A stretch of 64,000 nt of DNA from the human T2T-CHM13v2.0 reference genome, Homo sapiens (GCF_009914755.1 NC_060940.1); one strand, 5' to 3'; counted from the first letter of the stretch, positions 1 through 14,015 are shown. The notes: a model not told the origin generated them from the letters alone. Made by a program: numbers and translations.

Positions 1-530
1 TGGTTATAAGAGACAGAAAACTCACCTTAGACCAGCTTAAGGAAAAGAAAGGGAAATTGGCTGATGTCACTGGGAAGTCCAGGAGTAGGCTACCTTCAGG
101 CATGGCTGGATCCGGGTGCTCAGACACTGTCATCAGGAAGCTGCCTTCCTCCGTCTCCCAACTCTGCTTTCCTCTGTTCATCCTCAGGAGGGCTCTCACC
201 AGGTAGTGGCAAGATGGCCTTCAGCAGCCCCAAGATTTGTTGAGCCAGCTACACAGCCCTGATGGAAAGAGAAGCTTCTCTTTCCCTTTAATTCTCTAAA
301 GTCTGGGGTAGACGTGTTATTGGCCTAGCTTGGGGCACATGACCATCCCTGAACCAGCCAGTGGTCAGAGGAATGTGACTCACTGATTGTCTAAGCTGGG
401 GTCGCATGCCCAGCCTTGGAGCTGGGAGGGAGGGAGGGCCAGTTCCTTTTGAACCCCATCACCTGAGAGAGGGAAGAGGCGACCCTCAAAGGAAAGCCAC
501 CAAAGAAGGGATGGTGGCTGGGTGGGCAGA
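1..530 (-). mobile_element. MaLR LTR, MLT1J/MLT1K-like
   Basis: gacagaaaactc...gcttaa...aagtccagg...cttcaggcatggctggatcc and gggtcgcatgcccagccttggagc resemble the MLT1J/K consensus. Confidence 0.65.
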
Positions 531-571
531 AACAGCACAGGGCCACTCTCTGTAGCACTGTTGTTGCTGTT

Positions 572-668
572 TTAAATCAGCTTTATTAAGATATAATTTA
601 TATACAAAAAAACTCCCCAAGGGTTAGTGTATAATTCAATGAGTTTTGACAAAACTATAGAGTTGTGA
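572..668 (-). mobile_element. Old L1 (L1M) 3' end fragment
   Basis: cagctttattaagatataattt...aattcaatgagttttgacaaa is typical of the antisense L1M terminus. Confidence 0.6.
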
Positions 669-689
669 TCTAGACCCTGCTTTGTATTC

Positions 690-930
690 CCTTGAACAAA
701 TGACAGGACCCCCACAGCCTCCGTTTCGTCTCCTGTAAAACGAGATGGTCTTTCTTAAAATACAGAATTGTTTTCAGGATTGAATGAAATAGAACATGAA
801 ATATCACGTGACCAAGCATAGTGCCTACCGTGTAACTGTACTCAGCAAACTGTAGTCAGTATTACAGGAGGTCATGCGTGTGAAGAGCATAGCATGCCGC
901 CTGACACGTAGAGGTTCTCAGTGAATGAGT
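690..930 (+). mobile_element. MIR
   Basis: gcctccgtttcgtctcctgtaaaacgagatg core and agcatagtgcct...actcagcaaa tail. Confidence 0.6.
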
Positions 931-2180
931 ATTGTGTGTTACCTGGTTGTCTGGTTTCTTTTTCTGGCCTTATTTATGTTTTATCTTTCCCTTTCTTGGA
1001 AGAATAAAGCAGCTGTGACGCCTCTCTGCCTGCTGCCCAACTCCTTTGGCCCTTTTGCCCTTGAGAAATGGCCACAGGAATTTCTCTAAGGGTTTAAATT
1101 GATCAAGTTGGCTGCAAAGAATCATAAACCAGTCTTTCTCTGATTTGATTCAAGGAGAGAAAGAGCTTGCTTTGGGGGGGTGGGGGAGGGCAGTGGGGAG
1201 GGGGCACTTCATCAGGGCAGCAAGAATGTTTGCATCCGTGAAATGGAATTAAATTTTATGCTGGGAATTCACATTCCTTCTCTCCTCCCCCTAGGAATGG
1301 CCTGCTGGAATAAAGGTTCAAAGTTTTTCACTTATCAATTTTAATTGATTAGATTGCTAGTTGAGATCACTTAACTGAGCCTTTTTGGGTAGTTGGCCAT
1401 TAAGAAAGTAATGGCTGTTTGTCTTTGCCCAGCCTGATTGCAAATTATGTCTTTTGCTAAGGAGGGCGACTTTCAGAAAATAGTAGGGATTATGGAAGCA
1501 CGTGGTACTAGGATAAGATATGCCTGTATTGTTGGTTTATTTGGTTTTTTTCTTCTTTCCTTTTTTTTTTTTTTTTTTTTTGAGGGAGGGATTGTAAATG
1601 CTGGAGCTTCTCCTCACCTTCCATTGTGGGGGAAAATCACCCTACTGTGCAATCTGACCAAACGCCTTCTGTATACAAAATACAGGTGAAGGACAGGTGA
1701 AGCCATTCTTGCTTGCTGCATGACTGGAAGCTGGGCATGTTTTTGTCTCCCTGATGAACTTGAGAAAGCTGACTCCGGGAGAAATGTTAGGGACTGCTCA
1801 CCATTTACCTGACTCCATGTGGTCTGCTAGGCTTAAAGGAGTGCTGTCTCCAAACAGCAGGAAGAGGTGGCGTAAAGTGTATTCACTGCCCCTTGTCACA
1901 CTTCAGTAAGAAACAACAGCGTAAAGGATATTCCCCAGAAGCCACCCCAAGTGCTTGCTGACCAGCAGCAGGTCTCTCGGCTGGGTGTGACAGCCGAGCT
2001 CCGGCTGTCATAAAAGGTGGCTTCTCATGGGGAGCATTAAAGATGTGGTCACCACTCAGCAAAGAGGCAAACTGGTCATGCTTAAAGTGAAGCCTGTTTT
2101 GTTTTTCACTAGAGAGGAGAGTGGCAGAGGGCAGAGGTCAGGAACTGGCAGCCACGTGTGCCACATCTGCTGGAGTGATG

Positions 2181-2298
2181 GGGGGCTGGGGTGGGAAGGA
2201 AGAGAGAGAGGAAGGGAGGGAGGGAAGTGGAAGGAAGTTGAAGGGAAGGAGGGATTGGAGGAAGAAAGGGGAAGGGAGGGAAGGGAAGAGGGGAGGAA
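2181..2298 (+). repeat. GA-rich polypurine low-complexity tract
   Basis: About 115 bp of almost pure G/A made of gggaag/ggaggg units. Confidence 0.85.
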
Positions 2299-2775
2299 CT
2301 AGATAAAACAGTGGATTTCTAGAGAAAATAGCATCATGAATCTCCATATACCCAGCCCTCAGCTTCAACAGTTTTTACCATTTAGCTAAGTTTTATTTTA
2401 TCTGCCCTTTCATCTGTCTATTTAAAATACGCCACCCACCCACACAGTGTATTAAAGCAAATGGAAGACATCATATTATTACATCTAGAAATACCTCTCT
2501 CTAACAGAGAAGGACTTTGTATTGTTCCTTTTAATGGAATTGATTGCCACCATTTGCAAACCGAGTGCCTCCCCAGCCCCAGCTGCTGCTTTGGAATGGA
2601 GGCCAGGGTGCAGGGGCCTGTAGACAGGGCCTGTGCTCACCCATGTGCTGCCGCCCGGGTCTTGTTGACATTTGATTTTGCAGCCACTGGCATCATTGGA
2701 GTAATCATCTTTGTAATCTTCCCCAGAGTCTTCATGCCTGTGAGGCTCAGTAGCCTTACCTTTGAAATGGTTCTA

Positions 2776-3120
<345 letters not shown>

Positions 3121-3714
3121 TCACATGTAAAGCTCACAGCACCATGCTTGGCACTTAGTAGGTGCCCAGTGAGTGGGAGTTGGCTGCTTCCCTGCTGCAG
3201 CTGCTGAATACGCAAGCTGAAACTCATCCTGCTGGGCTCCATGGGGCTGGCATTTTCTGCTTAAGCAACACTCTGAGAACAGTGTCCTGAGACATTCAGG
3301 TCATTGCTCAGATGATGGCACTGTTTTGAGGGGTAAGAAAGATATAGCTCTGGCTGCTTTGGCCAGAGGAAGGGAGCTGTATCCCGTCTAGGCTGTGAGA
3401 CTCACTCACTCCAGTGTGCCTCCTGAACAGGGACAAGCAGGCTTTGAGGAGAAACCACAGATTCCTTGGGATTGACCTCAGAGCCTCCTTAAAGGATTCT
3501 TGCCTGTTTCCAAATATCATGAGCAACCACAATAGGGGAGAAATCTGTCCATTATCCATACACCCCAAAGAGACACCTGGCAACCAGGTGTGTTCAGTGT
3601 CCAGTTTCCTTGCAGCCTGTTCATGTGGGCACCTAACATTCACATAGTTGCAGCCATAGCATGTGCTACATGTATCTAACTTGTATTCTGATTTCTAAAA
3701 TCAATTCGTGAAGC

Positions 3715-4190
3715 CCATTCAATGAAGACCCATTCATGCATTCAGCTATTTATTGAGCACCTGCTGTATGCCAGGCACAGTGCTAGGAGCTGAGATGTGA
3801 GAGTGAGCAAAAGCCAGACTTCACTTCTGTTCTTGAGGTGTTTCCAGTTGTGGAGGGAGCAACCACTAACAGGTAGGTTAAGTAAATGCATGATCACAGA
3901 CTGATTGGGATGGCTCCATAGAGGTGATGAGCAGGGTCCATGCTGGAGAATAACCAGGAGGAAAATCCTCATGGGCTGGTTAGGGAAGGCCTCTCTGAAG
4001 AGGTGCTGTGCCAGGAGGGACCAGAAGCTTCTACGAGAAAGCACAGAAATGAGGACTGCCTTTTAAGGATGGCAGAGGTGAGGCTGAGGTGGGAGAGAGG
4101 GTGCTGTGTTCCAGGGTCCTCACAGAAACTTGGGTGGCTGGCACACAAGTAGCAAGAGTGGGTCAGTGGCTGGGAAGAGCCAGATCTCAA
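3715..4190 (-). mobile_element. L2 3' region
   Basis: cattcagctatttattgagcacctgctgtatgccaggcacagtgctagg is the classic antisense L2 tail. Confidence 0.75.
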
Positions 4191-4354
4191 CTACAGGGCT
4201 TTCTCACAGGGACATCTGTCCCAAACGGACACTTCTAGAGCTGGCACTGCCTGGTCAGACGGCCCCAGAAGGGGCCTTCGAGCTGCACTGGGGGCTAGAA
4301 AGGCCTGCAGCAGGGCGGCGAGGAGCATGGACTCAGGGGCCAGCCTGTGCCTGG

Positions 4355-4510
4355 ATGGAAGTCCCAGCTTTGCTGCCTTCTGCTTGCCAGCTGTATTACC
4401 TTAAGGGAACTGAGTCTCCCGGCACTTCAGTTTCCACAGCTGTGAAATAGGACTTGCTGGGAGGAGTAGATGAGCATTATCTGTGCTGTGCCTAGAACAG
4501 TGCCTGACAG
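4355..4510 (+). mobile_element. MIR
   Basis: cttcagtttccacagctgtgaaatagg core and cctagaacagtgcctgaca tail. Confidence 0.6.
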
Positions 4511-5420
4511 AATTGCAGAGAGGCCATTTAGGAGGCTGTGGCAGGGACCAGGGGTCAGTGCTAGTGGGCAAAGAGGGACGGGACAGTCTGGGTACAGCAT
4601 TTTGTGACAGTTTGCAGTGGCGATGCCAGAGAGCTCGGTTAACTCTGGGGTTCTGAGCTTGGGGCAGTCCAGGGGGCAGGGGCTGGGAGGATGGTGATTC
4701 TGTCATCAGCAGGGCTGATCCTGGAGGAGGAGCTGGTTCCAAGCAGAAGGTGCTGAAGTTGGTCGGGCGGCCAGGTGAGACGTGCCATGAGGGAGCTCAG
4801 CCAGGATGTCCGGTGGGCGGGGGAGCAGTCCGGAAGCCTCCTCGCTACTTCATAGATTCAGAACTCTTGTGTTTAGTAGCCTGCATGATATTCTGTTGTC
4901 TGAGACTTCTGACGTAACCATGGTGCAATTTTGGGTCATTTTTACTCTTGCCTGGCATAACCTAGCTGGCTGTTCCTCAAAAGATCCTCGCGACAGTGTG
5001 TTAGATCATGTGGTGTGTAAGGGAAGTCCTGAAACCTGCAGAGAAACGTCTGTGAATAAGCAGACCTCTGTACACTGGGTGTGAGTGCTCTCCCAGGCTT
5101 GAACATACTTCCCAGGGTCTGGGGGCCTGGAAAATACTCATCAAGTACAGAACAGTAGGTCCCAGCCCTTAGGATTTCATAGCCCAGAAAAGCATCAAAA
5201 CAAAAATAAAAAACAAAGCTTTTGGGGACGGATCGCCAACTTTTGTTTGTTTACCGAGTAGTCATTTTTAAAAAAAGCATTTATGAACAATCATTCCATA
5301 AAAGAAAAGACATTGTTAATATTGAGTAGGTAGCACATCATTTCAGAACGAGGGTAGTCTTTCCAAGAAACAGTAGTGGCAACTGTATACCCACATACTG
5401 TGCTTTAATGGGGAGTGGGT

Positions 5421-5490
5421 TTGTTGTTGTTGTGGGGGTTTTTTTTTTGGTTTTTTTTTTGTTTGTTTTTGTTTTTTTTTTTTTTTTTTT
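5421..5490 (+). repeat. T-rich low-complexity tract
   Basis: ttg and poly-T runs. Confidence 0.8.
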
Positions 5491-5619
5491 AAAAAAAGCA
5501 AGTGCAGACCAATTACTCTAGCAAAAGCCAGTGACTCTGTCTTTCCAAGCTTATGGGGAAGGCAAACTCCAATCACAGCAGCACAGATCAAACTCAGATG
5601 GCCACCGTGTTTCCTGTTC

Positions 5620-6040
5620 TAAGAGCAGGTGACGGGGTTAACCTGGCTGGAGGTCAGGGAGGCTTCTGAAGGAGGGGCCCATTTGAGGGCTGCAGGGGGG
5701 GTGTGGGTGCCGAGAAGTGGCGCAGAAGAAGCAAAGGCCCTGGGGCCGATGGGGATTTGGGGAAGATGAGAGACGGCAGTGTGGCCACAGAGTCGGGGAG
5801 TGGGAGGGTGAAGGTGGTTGGCAAGATGAGGCTGGGTAGGAAGCCATGCAGGCCCTGTGGGCATATCAAGTGTTCAGGGTTCTATCTTAAAAACAGTGAG
5901 AAAAGTTTTTACCTAGCTGATGTGATCAGATTTGTATCTCAAAAGGCCCTCTCTGGCCTCAGTGGAAGAGATTTATGGGTCAGGGCAGCATTACAGCAGG
6001 GAGCCCCATGGGGAGGCCAGGCCTACAAGGCATGAACTAA
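5620..6040 (-). mobile_element. L2 fragment
   Basis: gccatgcaggccctgtgggc...tgtgatcagatttgtat...ctctggc resembles antisense L2. Confidence 0.55.
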
Positions 6041-6344
6041 GAGGTGGTGTCCACAAGCTGGCATCCACACCAGGCTCGGACAGTCTGGTTTGCCCCAGAG
6101 ACTTGTCTTGAATGCTGCTCTGTCCACTCTGTGGCCTAGGTACAGGGGCTTTTATTGCACAGAGGTCCATCCAGTTGGATCCGGCGTGTTCTCCAAACCG
6201 TCGTACCTTTGAAGCTAATTATTAACAACAACCCAACTATTTGGGTTGTATTCACCTCCTGGCAAGGCAGGCTGCTGTGGACCTTCCCTTTGCTCTCCTT
6301 CTGGCTGTTTCCAGGCCAGGACTTGCCTGTTTAAAAGTCAGGCT

Positions 6345-6520
6345 GCGGTTATGGAGGAAGCCTTGGATCCTAGACAAATGCAGACCGAATCTCAGCCATG
6401 CTTCTTCCTAGCCATGTGACTTTGGACAAATCTATTCCCCTCTCTGTGCTTTAGTTCCCTCATTGATCAAATGAGAACAGCGATGCCCAACTTTGCAGGG
6501 TTATTGTAAGGCAGAACAAT
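6345..6520 (+). mobile_element. MIR
   Basis: tagccatgtgactttggacaaat...ctctctgtgctttagttccctcatt...aaatgag. Confidence 0.75.
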
Positions 6521-6530
6521 AAGGTGGATA

Positions 6531-6740
6531 TAGAGGTTGCAAACAGCTGGTCCTCAGGCAGGTGGGCCCACAAATGTAGCTTCATGGCTAGTAAAGCATT
6601 TGCAAGCGAATTTTATGTTGCTAATGTTTTAAAATCAGGATATTTTATCGTAAAAACCTAGCTATCACCTTGAATATGAGACAGTGACAGTCTGTCCACG
6701 CAGAGCCTGCATCCCCACAGGCAGCAGTCAGTTGCTCCTC
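6531..6740 (+). mobile_element. hAT-Charlie MER102-like fragment
   Basis: aggttgcaaac start, ttaaaatcaggatatttt...taaaaa and gcctgcatccccacaggcagcagtcag motifs. Confidence 0.5.
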
Positions 6741-7074
6741 TTCATGGGAGTGAACCCTTCTCCCAGCTGCTAGAGTCTCTGCTGAACTCCAGACCTGTGT
6801 ACTCAGCTACCTGCCCAACATTTCTTGGTTACCACAAACACAAGATGTGAGCTTTCCCACAAAACCTGTCTCCCTGCAGGCTTCCAGACAGTTGATGGCA
6901 GTTCCATGCTGGTGGCAAAAACCACAGGCTCATCCCTGACTCCCCTCTTTCTCTCAAGCTCAACTTCCAGTTGGTCAGCAGACCTATTCAGCCTCTGCCG
7001 CAAAATACAGTCAGCCCTATGTGTCCTCAGGTTCTGCATCTGAAGATTCAACCAACCACAGATTGAAAACATTT

Positions 7075-7411
7075 CTATTTTTATTTAATTTTTAAAATTT
7101 ATTTATTTTTTGAGACAGAGTCTCGCTCTTTCATCTAGGCTGGAGTGCAGAGGCACAATCTCGGCTCGCTGCAAGCTCCACCTCCCAGATTCAAGCAATT
7201 CTCATGTGTCAGCCTCCCGAGTAGCTGGGATTACAGGTGCATGCCATCACGCCTGGCTAATTTTCTTTTTTTTTTTTTTTTTTGTATTTTTAGTAGACAT
7301 GGGGTTACACCATGTTGGCCATGCTGGTCTCAAACTCCTGGCCTCAAATAGTCCGCCTGCCTTGGTATCCCAAAGTGCTGGGATTACAGGCATGAGCCAT
7401 TGTGCCTGGCC
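7075..7411 (-). mobile_element. AluS-like
   Basis: Full antisense Alu with T-rich tail. Confidence 0.9.
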
Positions 7412-8126
<715 letters not shown>

Positions 8127-8182
8127 TGAGTTATTATAAGTAATCTAGAGATGGTTTAAAGTGTGTGGTAGGATGTGCATAG

Positions 8183-8648
<466 letters not shown>

Positions 8649-8785
8649 TTTTTTTTTTTTTTTAAGCTAGAGATGGGATCTCACTATGTTGCCCAGGCTG
8701 GTCTCAAACTCCTGTGCTCAAGCATTCCTCTTATCTTGGCCTCCCAAGGTGCTGGGATTACATTCATGAGCCATTGCACCCAGCT
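8649..8785 (-). mobile_element. Alu left monomer (FLAM-like)
   Basis: Poly-T followed by a single monomer. Confidence 0.8.
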
Positions 8786-9875
8786 GTGCCATTATCTTTT
8801 ACCTGAATTATTGCAGTAGTCTCTTGCCCAGTCACTTGCTTCTGTTTTGTCCCCTAGAGTTTATTCTCAGCAGCATGAACTGTCTTCCTTTTAAACGAGA
8901 AGCCAGATCATGTTCTTCATTTGTTCAAAGTGGGCTCCCATGCCAGTCTGAATAAAAAACAGAGACCTTTACCCCTGAGGCTTATTATCTGACACCACCT
9001 CCCTGTCTCTGCCTCCTTGCTCTTCTTCAAACACACCTGGCATGTACCCACCTCAGAGTCTTTGCTCTGACTGTGCCTTCTTACCAACCCCAACCTGCAA
9101 ACCATTTGTTCCCTAGCACAAGTACACTGGAGGGCACCACGAGGCCCATGAAAGCTCACACACGAAAACCGTACCCCAAATTCTTGCTCCATGTTTGAAA
9201 TCCTGACCACATCGCCCTGTTTGTTTATTCTTCATTTGCGGATTAATGTGAATATCATAAAGATTCTGCAGGATCCAACTTCCTAGCATTCTGCGTGCTT
9301 CGCCCCAGCTTCTTTGCAGACAAGAGCTTTTAGGCAGAGTGGAAGTCCCTGGCTATTTTCATCGGATTGCCTGGAGATTCGTTTCCAGCAAAAGTATTAT
9401 GAAGCTCCCCAAGCAAGTATGTGGTTTGACTGTCAGTCTGTGAAAATGTGAGCTCATTGATTTCTTTCTCTTGTAAAACCAGTACTAGTTTTGTGGTCCT
9501 GTCAGTTCTGGAAAATTCTCTGTGTTGGCTTATTTTGCTGATGACCCAGGCATTGTCATGTGCCTCTCATCCTAGTGAAAATGAGTGGCATAAATGAGAA
9601 AGACAATGAAAAACAAATCCAGAATACGGAACATTCTAGAAGACAGCCGACCTGAGTTTTTCAAGAATGTAAATGTTGTGGAAGACCAAAAAAGAGGGGG
9701 ACGAAGGTAGAGGGGTACTGTTTCTAGATAATTGAAACAAAGTGACATGACAGTTGTCAGCCTGGATTGATCTTAGATTGAGGGGGAAAAGTAGCCTTAA
9801 AGGACATTTTTCTGCAAACTGAAGACATTTGCATATGGATTGTGATTGAGTAATATAATTGAGGTCAATATTACG

Positions 9876-10032
9876 TTTCTTTTTTTTTTTTTTTTTTAAG
9901 AGATGGGATCTTGCTGTGTTACCCAGGCTGGAGTGCAGTATTGCAACCTGAAACTCCTGGGCTGAAGTGATCATCCCACCTTAGCCTCTTGACTAGCTGG
10001 GACTACAGATGTGCACCACCACACCTGGCTGA

Positions 10033-10063
<31 letters not shown>

Positions 10064-10170
10064 GAGGTTTCGCTGTGTTGCCCAGGCTGGTCTTGAACCC
10101 CTGGGCTCAAGCAGTCCTACTTCAGCCTCCTAAGTAGCTGGGACTACAGGCAGAACCCCTGGCCTGGCTA
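9876..10170 (-). mobile_element. Old Alu (AluJ or FRAM+FLAM-like dimer)
   Basis: Two antisense monomers, each preceded by poly-T. aatatta flanks both sides. Confidence 0.85.
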
Positions 10171-10406
10171 ATATTATCTTTCTTGAGTGTGATAATGCCA
10201 TTGTGGTTCTGTGGGAGTATGTTCTTGTTCTTAGGAAGTATGGGCTGAAGTGTGTAGGGGTAAAGTGTCTGATGCCTATAATGTTGGACTGATTCAGAAG
10301 ATAAAACTGTGTGTGTGTGCGGGTATAATGAGAGAGCAGACAAATGCAGCCCACTGTCAACAAGTGATGAATCAAGGTGAAGGGTACATGTTTGTCTGTT
10401 ACACTG

Positions 10407-10697
10407 TTGTTTCTTTTTGAGACGGGATCTCGTTCTGTCCCCCAGGCTAGAGTGCAGTGGCACAGTCTTGGCTCACTGCAGCCTCGAACTCCTGGCCTCA
10501 AGCGATCCTCCCACCTCAGCCTGTAGTATCTGGGACTACTGGCACGTGCCACCATGCCTGCCTATTTTTTTATTTTTTGTGGAGATGGGGTCTCTCTATG
10601 TTGCCCAGGCTGGTCTCCAACTCCTGGCCTCAAGTGATCCTCCTGCTTCGGCTTCCCAATGTACTGGGATTACAGGTGTGAGCTACCACAGCTGGCC
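10407..10697 (-). mobile_element. AluJ-like
   Basis: Full antisense Alu. Confidence 0.9.
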
Positions 10698-10814
10698 TAT
10701 TCTATTCTTTAAACTTTTATGAGAATTTGAAAATCTTCAAAATAAAAAGGAAGGGACGAGAGAGAGAGAGATAATCCAGTCCTTGAAAATCCAACATTTA
10801 ATAGATGGGGAGTA

Positions 10815-11035
10815 TAATGTTTAGGAACTGGAGCCCCAGATTTAGAAAAGCCTGGGTTTTAACTCCTGCTGTGTGACCTTGGACAAATTAGTTAACCTCT
10901 CTGAGCCTTTCTTCCTCATCTGTAAAGTGGGTCTAATAGTGCCTACCTCAGGACTGTTCTGTTGATTAAAAGAGAAAAGTCCATCAGAAATACTCAGCAT
11001 CACACTAAGTGTACACAAGTGTTTGTGATAGAAAC
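10815..11035 (+). mobile_element. MIR
   Basis: gctgtgtgaccttggacaaattagttaacctctctgagcct...cctcatctgtaaagtggg. Confidence 0.85.
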
Positions 11036-11639
11036 AGTCATTACAATTCTTCCTCTTGACTGCATATTGGGCACTGAAATATGTCTGTTCTCTTTGGAGG
11101 GTTCTTTGTCGGAATCCTAACAAAGCACAGCCTCGTGACTGCTTCTGTCCAGGGGACACATTGAAAAGCAGAGGAGGTAACACAGGCTTGTTAACTAGAT
11201 AATAAGGTTCTTGGAAAGATGACTTTCAGGAAAGTGGGTGCCGTCTGATTGAAGAGCTGAAACCACAGGATGGGGTGGGAACTTGAATCAGACCCAGATG
11301 GCTCCTTGGGGGCAATTTAGTTCAAGCATCCAGGCATGGGCCCTGGAGAAGCGGTTTGCTTAGTGCTGACTCTGAAGTGGACTAATGTTAACATGAAACC
11401 CAAGAGGCAAGTATGTACATGGCATTCAAAGAGTTGGATTGCAAGGCGAGTGTGGTTTTGTGGCACTTTGGCCTGTTCTCTGCCCCCACCCCCGGGGTCC
11501 CGTGTTTTTGTCTTTAAAGGAAGCACAGTCCTCAGTCCTCATGGGGTCGCTCCACAGGTAGACATTTAATGGAGCAGCTGCTCATCACCCGACCTGCTGA
11601 CTTGGAATCACTCCCAACCCTCCTCCAACCTCACGATCG

Positions 11640-12110
11640 GGGGATCATCAGCTCCCTGGACTCCACAGCTCTGCCCCATCCCTGGTCTGGCCTCTCCACA
11701 CCTCTCCCCTGCCCAGTATCTCCCCCATTCTACCCCAGCCCATGGCCTTGCGCCACGCTGCTTCATCCATCCTGATGCCCAGTATGTAAAAGGCGCCTAA
11801 CCCGCCATCATGTCCCTGCTTGTAAACTCTCAGATCCTCGCAGTGCAGCGGCCCAAGCTACCCACGACACTCCTCTTCTCCCATATGTCTTGCTGCATCT
11901 GCCCACACAGTGCCCAGGCTGCTCACAGGCTCCTGGACACAGCCTGCCTGCCCTTGTCGCCCCTGCCTGGATGGCCCTCCCAGCCTCCTTCCTCCTGCTC
12001 CACGTGCCTTGTGCACATTTCAGATGTGCGCTTACCGCTCTGTATATCCCTAGGGCCTGGCACAGGGCCTGGCACATAGTAGACACTCAAGGCTTCTTGG
12101 ATTGAACTGA
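11640..12110 (+). mobile_element. L2 3' region
   Basis: Ends gtatatccctagggcctggcacagggcctggcacatagtagacactcaa...ttgaactgatt. Confidence 0.65.
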
Positions 12111-13169
12111 TTAAAGCTTTAGCAGTCACTGTAATTATTCATAAACACTGAAGGACTTTCATTAACATAGAAATAGCATTTCCAAATCTCATCTTGAGTA
12201 ATTTCAGGCAGTTGGATTGTGAGTTAGAAAAATGATGTTTGTTCATCATTAACATACATTTGAATAGTCAGGTTCCCACTGCAGACTTTTGTCCCCCTCT
12301 AATGACATATACCAAGTATCTTAAACCCATCTTGGCATTTTCTAAAAATGTAGATTGTTTTGATTTCAACGTTTGAGCTACCCCAAATTATTTAACCTCT
12401 CTAAGGGCTAAAATGCTTCCTCTTTTCTTCTCTTTTTTTTCTTTTTTCTTTTTCCTTACCCCACTTTGAGGCAGGCACCCTGAACTTGACAGATTGGGAA
12501 AAAAATCAAGTTTCAGTTAAACCACCAATTCTCTAAGGAAATGGAAAACATGGAATTCACAATGTTTCCCCTCTCTATGAATTAAACTTCTTCCCTGTGT
12601 ACTTGATGAATAATGTTGCTGGCCACTTTTCAGAAATGAAGTAGAAATATGGAGAAATGAAATTTGTATCCTATAAACTGACTGGAAATGGGATTGTAAT
12701 AGAGCTGTCAGTTTTGTTCAAGTGGAAAATTTTTAAGTAAATCCAATTGCAGTATTATTTGGTTCTTTTAAAGGAGAGGGTGATGTAGCTGTTTCCTGTG
12801 TATTGATTATTTGATTGGTACCTGTCTGCTGGACCTATTTTTTTTTCCTCAGTGGCATTCATTGATGTGGTTTAATGTATATTCCTGTAATCTTTCCCTG
12901 TTTTATAAACTTACAATCATAATTGAGCCACATTAGAGAGACATGTTCTGCTGAGATCACAAGGTCACCTAATGACTGTGCCCTCTTTTGTTGTTGATGT
13001 ATTGAAGTGGCTCTAGGACAGTTCTTCTGAAAAACACACACACACAAATTATTCTTTTTTCCTTTACAAAGCAGGATTTCTAGATTCAATTCTATGCATT
13101 AGAGAAATGAGGCATTTGAGTAGTGGAGACTGTTTGAGCTTTTTTTGCCTATTAAAATTATTGTTTTTA

Positions 13170-13380
13170 AGCCAGGCACAGTGGATCATGCCTATAATCC
13201 CAGCACTTTGGGAGGCTGAGGTGGGAGGATTGCTTGAGCCCAGGAGTTGGAGACCAGCCTGGGCAGCATAGTGAGACCCTGTCTCTACAAAAATTTTTTT
13301 AAAAATTAGCAGTGAGTAATGATTGCACCACTGCACTCCGGCCTGGGCAATCGAGCAAGACCCTATCTCAAGAAAAAATA
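13170..13380 (+). mobile_element. AluJ-like with internal deletion in the right arm
   Basis: Left arm intact, then aaaattagc jumps directly to agtgag...cactgcactcc. tattgttt flanks both sides. Confidence 0.85.
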
Positions 13381-13653
13381 TCTATATTGTTTCTGCTGAA
13401 GGCACTCTACAGTTGAAATACTTTTTCAAAATACCAGTCCTTCCCACACATTTGGAAATGGGACCATGGTTTTGATTTCTCACAAAGGAAGGGACTTAGT
13501 GGCTTAGATTTGCTCAAAAAGCAGTAACTTCCGAGGCACATCAACCCTTGGGATGTGGACAGCTTCTGGGTGCAGCTGCACCAGAGGGCTTCCAGGGAGG
13601 GGCAGGGGTCCTGCTGGCGGTTGAGTCCCAGCCCAGCACTGTGACCTTGGATA

Positions 13654-13657
<4 letters not shown>

Positions 13658-13691
<34 letters not shown>

Positions 13692-13730
13692 TGTGTGTGT
13701 GTGTGTATGTGTGTGTGTGTGTGTGTGTGT
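13658..13730 (+). repeat. Interrupted (TG)n microsatellite forming the tail of an antisense Alu
   Basis: Direct reading. Confidence 0.95.
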
Positions 13731-14015
13731 TTTGAGACATGGTGTCACTTTGTTGCTTTGGCTGGAGTGCGTGGCATAATCATAGCTCTCTGCAACCTTG
13801 AACCCCGGGGGCTCAAGGGCTCCTCCCACCTTAGCCTCTAGAGTAGCTGGGACCACAGGCATGTGCTACCATGTCCAGCTAATTTTTAAATGTTTTATAG
13901 AGATGGAGTCTTGCTATGTTGCCCTGGCTGGTCTCAAACTCCTGGGCTCAAGCGGTCCTCTTGCCTCAGCCTCCCAAAGTGCTGGGATTACAGGTGTGAG
14001 CCCCTGCGCCTGGCC
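13731..14015 (-). mobile_element. AluJ-like
   Basis: Full antisense Alu. Confidence 0.9.

Larger units (their letters stand above)
9590..10750 (+). mobile_element. Old L1 (L1MC/L1ME-type) 3' UTR interrupted by two Alus
   Basis: aaatccagaat..gaacattcta; cctggattgatcttagatt; gataatgccattgtggtt; tgaatcaaggtgaagggtacatg; ends ttcaaaataaaaag. Confidence 0.65.
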
